Assembly: GCF_035084215.1 (NCBI RefSeq)
Contig: NC_090326.1
Coordinates: 92,690,001-92,754,000 of the forward strand
DNA: 64,000 nt
Reading direction: 5' to 3'
Source: Heptranchias perlo
Taxonomy: Eukaryota
Shown piece by piece: positions 12,960 through 23,894 of this stretch. Under the pieces are notes generated by a model. That model had not been told where the DNA came from, ran no database searches, and worked only from the letters and a program-made list of their open reading frames with translations. Positions within the stretch are counted from its first letter, which is position 1. Each line of letters starts with the position of its first letter. The translations under genes were made by a program, and so were the position numbers.

Positions 12960-13312
12960 TGGTGTTGTCATAGCCACACCTGTGGCTAGTCAGCAATTTC
13001 TATTGGATATTACTATCCTAGACAGTGAATGGCAGCAAGCTGTTCAATCATGACAGACATCTCAGCCAAGCCCAATCAGTCCTCAACCAATACACACACT
13101 TCTAGAAGGAGTCACTGAATAGCGGTGAGAAGTGGAAATCCTGGGTGATTCTTTCCCCCTCCATAGCCCAGGAGCGCTGAGGCACATTGTAGCTCACTCA
13201 CCATTACCCAGCTAAAAGATATGCTAATTTAGCACTGATTTGGTTTTGGGACTTTCATAGTGTATACTTACTACCACACAAGCAGTGCATTTTTGTACTG
13301 AGCCATTGAGGT
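12960..13312 (-). mobile_element. Possible ancient tRNA-derived SINE
   Basis: Minus strand starts CCTCAATGGCTCAGT (box A-like) followed by a SINE-like body; heavily decayed, family not assigned. Confidence 0.35.
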
Positions 13313-13634
13313 GTCCAAGTCTACCTTTTATCTTTGTGCTGCAGGTTCATTCCCAATTCCACACATACAATCGGAAGTGTGCTATCAAGGGAAACATGAA
13401 GCCATAGCCATCTGAGATTGGGACAAATCTTCAGGTTAAGAGTTACCTGAACTCACTCTTGAAAACTTTACAGAGGCCAGCTCAAGAGCACCACTGACAG
13501 AGGCTTGAGTATTTCAGCTATCTGTCCTCTAGGCTGGAGAACAAGTAATATAGGAAACTCAAGGAGAGAGGTAAATAAAACACAAAAATAGGGCCAAAAA
13601 TTACTTTGTAGTTCTCTTTCCACCCCCGTACAGT

Positions 13635-13948
13635 TACCACTGGAGTCTCCCAAGGATCTATCCTTACCCCCCCTCCTGTTACTCATCTGCCCCTCAGTGA
13701 CATCATCCGAAGACATGACGTCGGCAAACGTGTGGAAACCTGACAACACCCAGTTCTACCTCACCACCACCCCTCTCAGCCCCTTCACTGTCTGTGTTGT
13801 CTGACTGCTTGTCCGACATCCAGTCCTTGATGAGCCAAAATTTCCTCCAATTACACCTTGGGGAGGCTGAAACCATTATCTCTGGACCCTGCCAGACTCC
13901 ATTCCCAAGCTACCGATTCCAAGCCATCCCTGGCCACTGTCAGGCTGA
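13635..13948 (+). mobile_element. L2-type LINE RT fragment
   Basis: GGAGTCTCCCAAGGATCTATCCTT (GVxQGSIL), CCCTCAGTGACATCATCCG (PLSDII), GACAACACCCAGTTCTACCTC (D.TQFYL). Confidence 0.75.
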
Positions 13949-13949
13949 T

Positions 13950-14047
13950 CCACACTGACACTTCACCTGACGAAGGAGAAAAGCTCCGAAAGCTTGTGAT
14001 TTCAAATAAAGCTGTTTGACTATAACCTGGTGTTGTGCGACTCCTTA
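13950..14047 (+). mobile_element. Penelope-like element terminal-repeat fragment
   Basis: Contains a hammerhead core followed by AATAAA and CTATAACCTGGTGTTGT; an inverted piece of the same sequence occurs at 55006-55030. Confidence 0.7.
13963..13999 (+). ncRNA. Minimal type I hammerhead ribozyme motif (Penelope-type)
   Basis: TCAC-CTGACGA-A-GGAG(AAAAG)CTCC-GAAA-GC-TT-GTGA: stem I TCAC/GTGA, core CUGANGA and GAAA, stem II GGAG/CTCC, palindromic stem III region AAGCTT, NUH site CUU. Confidence 0.7.
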
Positions 14048-16578
14048 GATGGAGATGGTCATTGCTTGGCACTTGTCTGGCGCGAACGTTACTTGCCACT
14101 TGTCTGGCGCGAACGTTACTTGCCACTTATCAGCCCAAGCCTGGATGTTGTCCAGGTCATGTTGCATACGGGCACGGACTGCTTCATTATCTGAGGGGTT
14201 GCGAATGGAGCTGAACACTCTGCAATCATCAGCGAACATCCCCATTTCTGACCTTATGATGGAGGGAAGGTCATTGATGAAGCAGCTGAAGATGGTTGGG
14301 CCTAGGACACTCCCCTTAGGAACTCCTGCAGCAATGTCCTGGGGCTGAGATGATTGGCCTCCAACAACCACTACCATCTTCCTTTGTGCTAGGTATGACT
14401 CCAGCCACTGGAGAGTTTTCCCCCTGAAACCCATTGACTTCAATTTTACTAGGGCTCCTTGGTGCCACACTCGGTCGAATGCTGCCTTGATGTCAAGGGC
14501 AGTCACTCTCACCTCACCTCTGGAATTCAGCTCTTTTGTCCATGTTTGGACCAAGGCTGTAATGAGGTCTGGAGCCGAGTGGTCCTGGCGGAACCCAAAC
14601 CGAGCAGGTTATTGGTAAGTGCCGCTTGATGGCACTGTCGACGACACCTTCCATCACTTTGCTGATGATTGAGAGTAGACTGATGGGGCGGTAATTGGCT
14701 GGATTGGATTTGTCCTGCTTTTTGTGGACAGGACATATCTGGGCAATTTTCCACATTGTCAGATGGATGCCAGTGTTGTAGCTGTACTGGAACAGTTTGG
14801 CTAGAGGCGCGGCTAGTTCTGGAGCAGAAGTCTTCAGCACTACAGCTGGGATGTTGTCGGGGTCCATAGCCTTTGTTGTACCCAGTGCACTCAGCCATTT
14901 CTTGGTATCACGTGGAGTGAATCAAATTGGCTGAAGACCAGCTTCTGTGATGGTGGGGATATCGGGAGGAGGCCGAGATGGATCATCCACTCAGCACTTT
15001 TGGCTGAAGATGGTTGCAAACGCTTCAGCCTTGTCTTTTGCACTCACGTGCTGGACTCCGCCATCATTGAGGATGGGGATGTTTACAGAGCCTCCTCCTC
15101 CTGTTAGTTGTTTAACTGTCCTCCACCATTCATGACTGGATGTGGCAGGACTGCAGAGCTTTGATCTGATCCGTTGGTTGTGGAATCGCTTAGCTCTGTC
15201 TATAGATGTTGCTTCTGCTGCTTAGCACGCATGTAGTCTTGAGTCATTTTTATATACGCCTGGTGCTGCTCCTGGCACGCTCTTCTGCACTCCTCATTGA
15301 ACCAGGGTTGATCCCCTGGCTTGTTGGTAATGGTAGATTGAGGAATATGCCGGGCCATGAGGATACAGATTGTGCTGGAATACAATTCTGCTGCTGCTGA
15401 TGGCCCACAGCGCCTCATGGATGCCCAGTTTTAAGCAGCTAGATCTGTTCTGAATCTATCCCATTTAGCACGGTGATAATGCCGCACAACACGATGGATG
15501 GTGTCCTCAGTGCGAAGACGGGACTTCATCTCCCCAAGGGCTGTGTGGTGGTCACTCCTACCAATACTGTCGTGGACAGATGCATCTGCGACAAGTAGAT
15601 TGGTGAGGACGAGGTCAAGTAGGTTTTTCCCTCGAGTTGGTTCACTCACTACCTGCCACAGGCCCGGTCTGGCAGCTATGTCCTTTAGGGCTCGGCCAGT
15701 AGTGGTGCTACCGAGGCACTCGGTGATGGACATTGAAGTCCCCCACCCAGAGTACATTCTGTGCTCTTGCTACCCTCAGTGCTTCCTCCAAGTGTGCTCA
15801 ACATGGAGGAAGACTGATTCATCAGCTGAGGGAGGACAGTAGGTGGTAATCAGCAGGAGGTTTCCGTGCCCATGTTTGACCTGATGCCATGAGATTTCAT
15901 GGGGTGCCCGAGTCAACATTGAGGACTCCCAGGGCCACTCCCTCCTGACTGTATATCACCGGACCACCACCGGTGGGTCCATCCTGCTGGTGAGACAGGA
16001 CATACCCAGGGATGGTGATGGAAGAGTCTGGGACGTTGGCTGAAAGGTATGATTCTGAGAGTATGGCTATGTCAAGCAGTTGCTTGACTAGTCTGTGGGA
16101 CAGCGCTCCCAATTTTGGCACAAGTCGCCAGATGTTCTTGAGAAGGACTTTGCAGGGTCGACTGGGCTTGGTTTGCCTTTGTCGTGTCCGGTGTCTGGTG
16201 GTCCATCTGGTTTTATTCCTATTCTGACTTTTTTTAAGCGAGATTTTACAACTGAGTGGCTTGCTGGGCCATTTCAGAGGGCAATTAAGAATCAACCACA
16301 TTACTGTGGGTCTGGAGTCTAGGCCAGACCGGGTAAGGACGGCAGGTTTCCTTCCCTAAAGGACATTAGTGAACCAGATGGGTTTTTATGACAATCCGGT
16401 AGTTTCATGGCCACCATTACTGATACTAGTTTTTTTTTTAAATTCCAGATTTTATTTAATTAATTGAATTTAAATTCCCCAGCTGCCATGGCGGGATTTG
16501 AATTCACGACTCCAGATTATTAGTTCTGGCCTCTGGATTACTAGTCTAGTAACATAACCACTAAGCTACCGTACCCCC
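14048..16578 (-). mobile_element. Non-LTR retrotransposon family B (CR1/Jockey-group-like EN-RT, single ORF) with tRNA-derived 5' head; 3' end missing; frameshifted
   Basis: 5' end GGGGGTACGGTAGCTTAGTGGTT with box A at 16558-16568 and box B at 16494-16505. ATG at 16301 is in frame with APE motifs KVLLKNIWRL...DIAILSESYL; later LLDLVLTN and GRSDHH; RT motifs WKIAQ.CPVHKK..KSNPANYRPISLL, ALDIKAAFDRVWH, GVPKGSVLGP, MFADD. No ORF1 between head and EN. Confidence 0.9.
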
Positions 16579-16579
16579 A

Positions 16580-18860
16580 TTGTGTTGTCTCTAATTAGTA
16601 CAGCTACACCCTCTTGTTCGGTCCTGTTCCTTACATAATCATGTTTCAGTTATCCCTACCACATCTGGCTCCTTGCTATGAATTACTGCCTCTGGTTCCC
16701 CCATTTTGTTTCGGATGCTGTGCAGGCAATTTGATTTGTTTTTAATAACTGTTCCACTTAATTTATTTTTAAGTCATTTTTACTCATGTTCTATAACTGT
16801 ATTTGTTGCCTGACTGTTTACCCTTATTTCTTACCTTGATCTGACCTTTACTCTCATTTCCTATATCTTCAAACTTATGTTATCCTCATCAGATCCCTCC
16901 CCCCGTCTTACTAGTTTAAAGTCCTATCGACAACCCTATTTATCCTTTCCGTTAGGACACAGGTCCCATTCTGGTTCAGGTGGAGCCCATCCCAGCAGTA
17001 CAGCTCCTTCCTGTCCCAATACTGGTGCCTGTGTCCCATGAAATGGAACCCTTCCTTCCCACATCACTCTTTCAGCCACGCATTCACCTTCCTGATCTGT
17101 TTATCTCTGTATATTAGCACGTGGCTCAGGTAGCAATTCCAAGATTACCATCTGTGAGGTCCTGTTTTTTTTTTAAGTTTAGTTTCTAATTCCTGATATT
17201 CTCTTAGCAGGATCTCCTTCCTTTTCTTCCCTATGTCATTGGTCCCAACACGGACCACGACAACTGGATCTTTCCAAGTTCCTCTCCAGATGCTCCGAGA
17301 TATCCTTTACCCTTGCACCAGGTAGGCAACACACCCTCCTGGACTCTGTCGCGACTACAGAGGACGCCAATAATGCTCCTAATTATCGAATCCGCTATGG
17401 CTACAACCTTTCTGTTCTGCTCTTCCACCACCTCCCCCCCCCCCCCCCCCCCGAACTGCCTCCTGCTGCAGTGTGCCATGCTTAGCATTCTGGCTGTCCA
17501 CCCCGCAACCTGCATCCTTATCGTCACAGATAGCAAGTACATTGTACCTATGCAGGTACAGCAAGCACTTAGGAAGGCAAATGGTATGTTAGCCTTTATT
17601 GCAAGGGGGTTGGAGTACAAGAATAAGGAGGTCTTGCTGCAATTATACAGGGCTCTTGTGAGACCACACCTGGAGTACTGTGTACAGTTTTGGTCTCCTT
17701 ACCTTAGGAAGGATATACTTGCCTTAGAGGGGATGCAACGAAGGCTCACTAAATTTATTCCTGGGATGAGGGGGTTTTCGTATGAGGAGAGATTGAATAG
17801 AATGGGCCTATATTCTCTGGAGTTTAGAAGAATGAGAGGTGATCTCATTGAAACGTATAAGATTCTTAGAGGGCTTGACAGGCTGTTTCCCCCGGCTGGA
17901 GAGTCTAGAACTAGGGGTCATAGTCTCAAGGTGGCGGCCATTTAAGATCGAGATGAGGAAAGATTCACTCAGAGGGTTGAGAATCTTTGGGATGCTCTAC
18001 CTGAGAGGGCTGTGGATGCTCAGTCATTGAGTATATTCAAGACTGAGATTGATGGATATCTGGACACTAAGGGAATCAAGGGATATGGGGATAGGGCGGG
18101 AAAGTGGAGTTGTGGTAGAAGATCAGCCACGATCTTATTGAATGGAGGAACAGGCTCGAGGGGCCTTATGACCTACTCCTGGTCCTATTTCATATGTTCT
18201 TATGTTGGATAGGACCAGTGTCTTCAGGACCTCCTTCGCTACCTCCTCTTGGATCCCCTTACCCTGCTGACTTAGGTGTCGGAGTGTCTCTAATTCGCAC
18301 TTCAGCTCAAGGTCACTGAGCAGAAGTGACTCAAGGCAGAGACACTTCCTGCAGTCGCGGCAATACAGGACAGTCTCTGTGTCCACAGACTCCCACGTAC
18401 CGCAGTCCCAACACACAGCCTGCAAAGCCATTATTTAATATTAATTTAATTCTAGAACTAGTAGAAGCGCTTACGGTCTAAATTATGTTTAGTGGGTGGA
18501 TTTTAGCTTGATTTTAAATCAATTAGTAATTAATATTCTGAATATTTAATTATTTATTTATAGTTTATATTTAAAAATATAGCGTGTGTAGTAAATTAAA
18601 GGCTTAGTTTAATTTCCTCAGATTCCACCGCTCCCCCCTCTGTGCTGACTATGACGTCACCTTTTGAGATTTTTCCCTGGATTTGTTTAATTGCTGCAGT
18701 TCCCACGCTTTTTAACCATTTGTTTAGCTTTAAGGCTATTTAACGAACACAATAAAAACATTACCAACCACTAAACACAATGACCAATAAAAGACACTTA
18801 CCAATAAACTAAATAATCACTGACTTCCCTCGGCGCTCCTCTGTGCCAGTACTTTTTGAC
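16580..18860 (-). mobile_element. CR1 LINE 5' portion (5' UTR and ORF1 zinc finger/esterase), decayed and interrupted
   Basis: MALQAVCWDCGTWE...CRDCRKC (18135-18431) and VVAIADSIIRSI...CCLPGARVKDISE...VGTNDIG pieces (about 17200-17420) are homologous to ORF1 at 60550. Confidence 0.8.
17548..18205 (+). mobile_element. CR1 3' fragment nested in the preceding CR1 ORF1
   Basis: MQVQQALRKANGMLAFIARG...LVRPHLEYCVQFWSP, followed by the tail CATATGTTCTTATG. Confidence 0.93.
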
Positions 18861-19865
18861 TTTTTTTTGATTTTGCCGCGCTTGCCTCAAACCCCCAGTT
18901 TCCCTCCCACTGCTCTCCCTGCTCCCATTCTCCTCACACACCCAGGTCCGCTCCCCGTTCCCGCTCGCCTCACACCCCCAGTTCCCCTCCCACTGCTCTC
19001 CCTGCTCCCACTTTATGGTGTGGGCCATGCTTACCTCACATACCCAGGTCCACATTTAAATAAAGAGCACTGAATGACTGTTTAAACAATGTTAAAAGAA
19101 TAATAAAGTTAATTTCCATTTTTAACAACAGTGCTTGCTCTCAATTCTGCTCACAGCGTCAGTTTTGGGTTGATCACCATCTTCTTTCCCTTCTTCCTAC
19201 CTTTTTGGGAAGACCGTCCCAAACTTATCAGCACAAACGATGAAAAAAATGCAGGTTTAATCAAATTGATTAGACAACTAGGATTTGATCCTTATATCAG
19301 CATGATCACTACAAGCAGTGATTACTACAAGTGGATTCCATTGTAAAACCTTAAACAACAATTGGAAGAATAAAAAGTTACCAATTCAGAACTGTTGTAA
19401 ACTTTAGAAATTGTATACTGGTACTTCATGTTGATTGGTACTTCATGTTGATTGGGATGATTGCTATACTGAAAGCAATGATTGTTTAAGGGTTGATCCA
19501 ATTTATTCAGTCTTGATCAGAGAGGCTCAATTGCACAGGGCGGGGGATGGGACAAGACATTCTGTCTACATAAAGTAATGATTCTACTAATTTTGGGGGA
19601 GGGGGTTTAATTCTGCTGTGAAGTTTAATTTTCACATATGTTGAATAAGCCACAAAGTAAATTAAGTATTAATAAAATCACAAAATTATCCAGGCAGTAA
19701 CTGGCAAGCTCTTTGGAAAATGAAGTTCAAATTCAAATTTCAAAATCAGATTATATGGAACTCGTGATGTATGATGCACTCAATTGTCTCAGTGTTTTAA
19801 CAGACTCTAGGCCTTGGCTTGAAGTATTTAAATATAATTCATGTCAGCTAGTAATCAAAGATAAA

Positions 19866-21219
19866 GGGCACAATTTTAACATTGAAAATCGGGTGGGTTG
19901 GGTGCAGGAGGGGCATTGAAAATCGCAACTATTTCAGACTGATTTCCAGTTTTCACCAGGGTGGGACGAGGAGCAGGCAACCAACCCGCTCCCAGGAAGT
20001 GGGTTGGTAACTAAAACCTTTCAAGGAGGCTGCGGGCCTCCATTTTTACAGATTTTGCAATTTCAACCTCAGGGGCCACGTGAGAGTAGGCAAGGCGGCC
20101 CAAAACTGCAGGTAAGTGCCTTTCTGGCATAGCTTGTAGGTCCGGAGGAGCAGGAGTGCTTCCTCCAGGCCCAACAAGCCCTACCTGCAGCGATCCCCCT
20201 ACCATCGCGGACCCCAGCCTCTGATCTCTGAACCCCCCATGCCAACGATCTCCGACCCCCTCCTCCCCAATGATCGCAGACTCCCGCGAAAACCCCCGAA
20301 CCAGACACCCACCCCACCCAGTGACTGACCCCCGATCCCTCCCCCCATGCCCATCAGTGCCCCGTGCCCACCCATGTCCATCAGTACCCACCCATGCTCC
20401 CCCCCCCCCCACCCAATCCATACAATCAAAGACTTACCTTTTCATGTCCTCTCCCTGGCTGCTCTCCCTGGGGTCACCATTGACCAGAAACTTAACTGGT
20501 CCAGCCACATAAATACTGTGGCCACAAGAGCAGGTCAGAGGCTGGGCATTCTGCGGCGAGTGACTCACCTCCTGACACCCCAAAGCCTTTCCACCATCTA
20601 CAAGGCACAAGTCAGGAGTGTGATGGAATACTCTCCACTTGCCTGGATAAGTGCAGCTCTAACAACACTCAAGAAGCTCGACACCATCCAGGACAAAGCA
20701 GCCCGCTTGATTGGTACCCCATCCACCACCCTAAACATTCACTCCCTTCACCACTGGCACACTGTGTCTGCAGTGTGTACCATCCACAGATGCACTGCAG
20801 CAACTCGCCAAGGCTTCTTCGACAGCACCTCCCAAACCCACGACCTCTACCACCTAGAAGGACAAGGGCAACAGGCACTTGGGAACTACACCACCTGCAC
20901 GTTCCTCTCCAAGTCACACACCATCCCGACTTGGAAATACATCGCTGTTCCTTCATCGTCACTGGGTCAAATCCTGGAACTCCCTACCTAACAGCACTGC
21001 GGGAGAACCTTCACCACACGGACTGCAGCGGTTCAAGGCGGCGGCTCACCACCACCTTCTCAAGGGCAATTAGGAATGGGCATTAAATGCTGGCCTCGCC
21101 AGCGACGTCCACATCCCATGAAAGAATAAGAAAAAAAAAATCACTGTTCTTCCGGGTTTCCTGTCTGCAATTTGACACCATCCCCACCCCCTTCCCGGCT
21201 CGGAGTCAAAATCATGCCC
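19866..21219. mobile_element. Harbinger-type MITE interrupted by a LINE
   Basis: TIRs GGGCACAATTTTAAC (19866) and GTCAAAATCATGCCC (ends 21219); the left TIR nearly matches the Harbinger end GGGCATAATTTTAAC at 44022. Confidence 0.75.
20468..21140 (+). mobile_element. Family B LINE 3' portion with poly(A)
   Basis: GVTIDQKLNWSSHIN...IYKAQVRSVMEYSPLAW...KSWNSLPNS; 3' UTR GGGCATTAAATGCTGGCCTCGCCAGCGACG then an A-rich tail. Confidence 0.92.
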
Positions 21220-21589
21220 ATAATGTCAACTCAGTTGTCGATCAGTACAGGTTACTCAGATCACTTTTATAGTCCAACCACATATAGCATGGACAAGGGG
21301 GGGGGGGGGGGGGGGACAGACAGCGTCCCAGAATGCTAAATGAAGGAAACCAGTATTGCTGACATCAGTGTCCAAACATCGAAATGAGTGCTATACATGA
21401 GATGCATATATCGTCTGGTAATTCACAAGATGCCAGTGAGTACAGAAGCTTGTGCTTTAAGTGCAAAAGTAAGAGGCCATAATACTTCTGGTCATGAAAA
21501 TCCAAAAGAACCTGCCCTGTCACATTAGTTAACCTGTATCAATCAGTTTTTGTAGAGATCAACTCTCTCATCTTCTACTCCTCCATTTT

Positions 21590-22720
21590 CTCCAACTGGC
21601 ACCTTATTTACAACCTTTCCAAAGCCCTGAAATGCACTGTTGCCTTGCAACTATGCTCCAACCTGTCTTCTGCCCCACCAACAGCACCGAGACTGCACTG
21701 GTCAAAGTGACTAATGGCATCCCATGTGACTGTGATGCACGGTTAGTCCTCACCTTCTTCTACTTCGTTGCTTTTGACACCCAACATCCCACCCCTGCAG
21801 TCCACAACCATGGCACTTGGTTCCAATCATACATTAAGCAGACATTAAATCATCTTCAATAGCTTCTCCTCCTCATACCACACATTCACCTCCAACTTCA
21901 GCTTGAACCTTGCCCCCCTCCACTTCATAATTTACATGGTCCTTGGCCAGTATCACCCAGAAGCACTGGGTCAATTTCCACATATACATTGACGAGACCC
22001 CAGTTTTACCTCTACCACCTTCACTCATCCAAAGACTGTTGCTACACTCTGATTGCCTGTCCAACACAAACTTAGAAAGGTCAAAATTTCCTCCAGCATA
22101 CTGTCGCAAAACTAAAGCCACCCACTTCTGACTCTGCCTGAGGTTTACTGCTCAGTTCCAAGTTCAACTTCCTCCCCCACATACATTCCATTACTCAGCA
22201 ACATTGCTCACTTCCACCCAATTACTACCTCCCCATCACAAGGCTCAACTTCCTTCTCCAATGCTCTTCCAGCTCCCTCCTTAACCTCAATCCTCCACAA
22301 GTTACAAATCATTCAAAACACTTCAGGCAACGTTCTCACTCTCACAATTTCCCACATTCCCATTGTGTAGTCGTCCCCAAACTCTAGGGGCTGTGCCCCA
22401 ACAAGTTGATTTCAAAATTCTCACTCTTGCTTTCAGATCATGGCCTCAGCCCACCCTACCTTAGCACTTTCCTCCAGATTTACATGCTTGCACACTTTCC
22501 GCTACCCTGACACTGGCAGCTCTTCGTCCCCATTCCTTCCGCTTCACCATTGGTGGCTGCTCATTGAAGCACTGTGCTCCTGTCCTCTGGAACTCCATCC
22601 ACAGTTCACTCCGTCTTGCCACATTTCTGCCTATTTTCAGAATCAACCGTATTTTCGCTCCCCCCCATTCAAATTCTGTCAGTTTTTCTTCATTCCTCCA
22701 CTGTTTTGCTGCTTAATGTA
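21590..22720 (+). mobile_element. Old L2-type LINE fragment
   Basis: CACCAACAGCACCGAGACTGCACTGGTCAAAGTGACTAATG (HSTETALVKVTN), FHIYIDET (FHxYADDT-like), C/T-rich L2 composition. Confidence 0.7.
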
Positions 22721-22904
22721 AGCACTCAGACATCTTCCCGAACACGAGAAGAGCTATTGAATTGCAAGTCACTTATCCTTCTGGCTTCGTATCAATTTTA
22801 TTTGCTGGAATTGCCAAAAGCATCAGATTTGAGAAAATAGTTCAAATTCTAGTAACCCACAAACAGATATCCCCATTTGAGAAGCACTTTTACTGAATTT
22901 TTAA

Positions 22905-23472
22905 AATTCTCATCCTTGTATTCAAATCCCTCCATGGTCTCGTCCCTCCCTATCTCTGTAACCTCTTCCAGCACTAGAACCCTCCAAAATCCCTGCGCTC
23001 CTCCAATTCTTGCCTCTTGTGCATCCCCGATTTTCTTCGCTCCACCACTGGCAGCCGTGCCTTCAGCTGCCTAGGCTCTAAGCTCTGGAATTTCCTTCCT
23101 AAACCTCTCCACCTCTCTCTCCTCCTTTAAGTCGTTCCTTAAAACCTACTTCTTTAACCAAGCTTTTAGCCACCTGCCCTAATATCTCCTTATGTGGTTC
23201 GAAGCCAAATTGTGTCTGATAAGTTTCCTAGAAGTAAAGGGAATTAGGGGTTACGGGGAGCGGGCAGGAAATTGGACATGAATTTAGATTTGAGGTTAGG
23301 ATCAGATCAGCCATGATCTTATTGAATGGCGGAGCAGGCTCGAGGGGCCGATTGGCCTACTCCTGCTCCTATTTCTTATGTTCTTATGTTCTTATGTTCT
23401 TATGACGCTCCTGTGAAGTGCCTTGGGACTTTTTATTACGTGAAAGACGCTATATAAATGCAAGTTGTTGTT
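22905..23472 (+). mobile_element. L2 3' end interrupted by a short CR1 3' tail (about 23222-23403)
   Basis: L2 tail CTCTGGAATTTCCTTCCT...GTGAAAGACGCTATATAAATGCAAGTTGTTGTTG; the inserted CR1 end terminates in (TTCTTATG)x4. Confidence 0.85.
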
Positions 23473-23894
23473 GTTGGGAAGCAATAAGTTGGTGTGCTGA
23501 AATGGCTGAATGACTAAGTCCAAAAGCTCCTTTCAACTGTGATAAAGGACTGAAGAGGAGCAGAGACACATCCACAGTTATGCCAAACACTGATTAACAT
23601 CAAGCCCAGATGGCTACAGAACCAAGGACAAGAGTGTCAGTATCAATGACAGTGCTAAACATTTGAAGACATAACTACATTTTATTCTTTAAAATAGTTT
23701 CCTCTGTATTGTTACCCTCAGAACATTTCAAAAACTACCTCAAAGCAAGCAGATATGATCTTATGCTTTGCCCTGTTTCTTTGGCTAAATATTCTTCAAT
23801 CAACTGTTCAGATGTCACTAGAAAACTGGCAACGTTCACACACCAAACTTTTGAAAGTGTAAAGTATTAAAATTAAATATTCGAAGAGTAGCCT

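Noticed and set aside
19419-19452. 17-bp tandem duplication TGGTACTTCATGTTGAT x2
   Set aside because: Ordinary slippage duplication with no further structure.
23372-23404. (TTCTTATG)n array as a CRISPR-like or functional repeat
   Set aside because: It is the standard 8-bp microsatellite tail of CR1 elements; there are no spacers and the DNA is eukaryotic.
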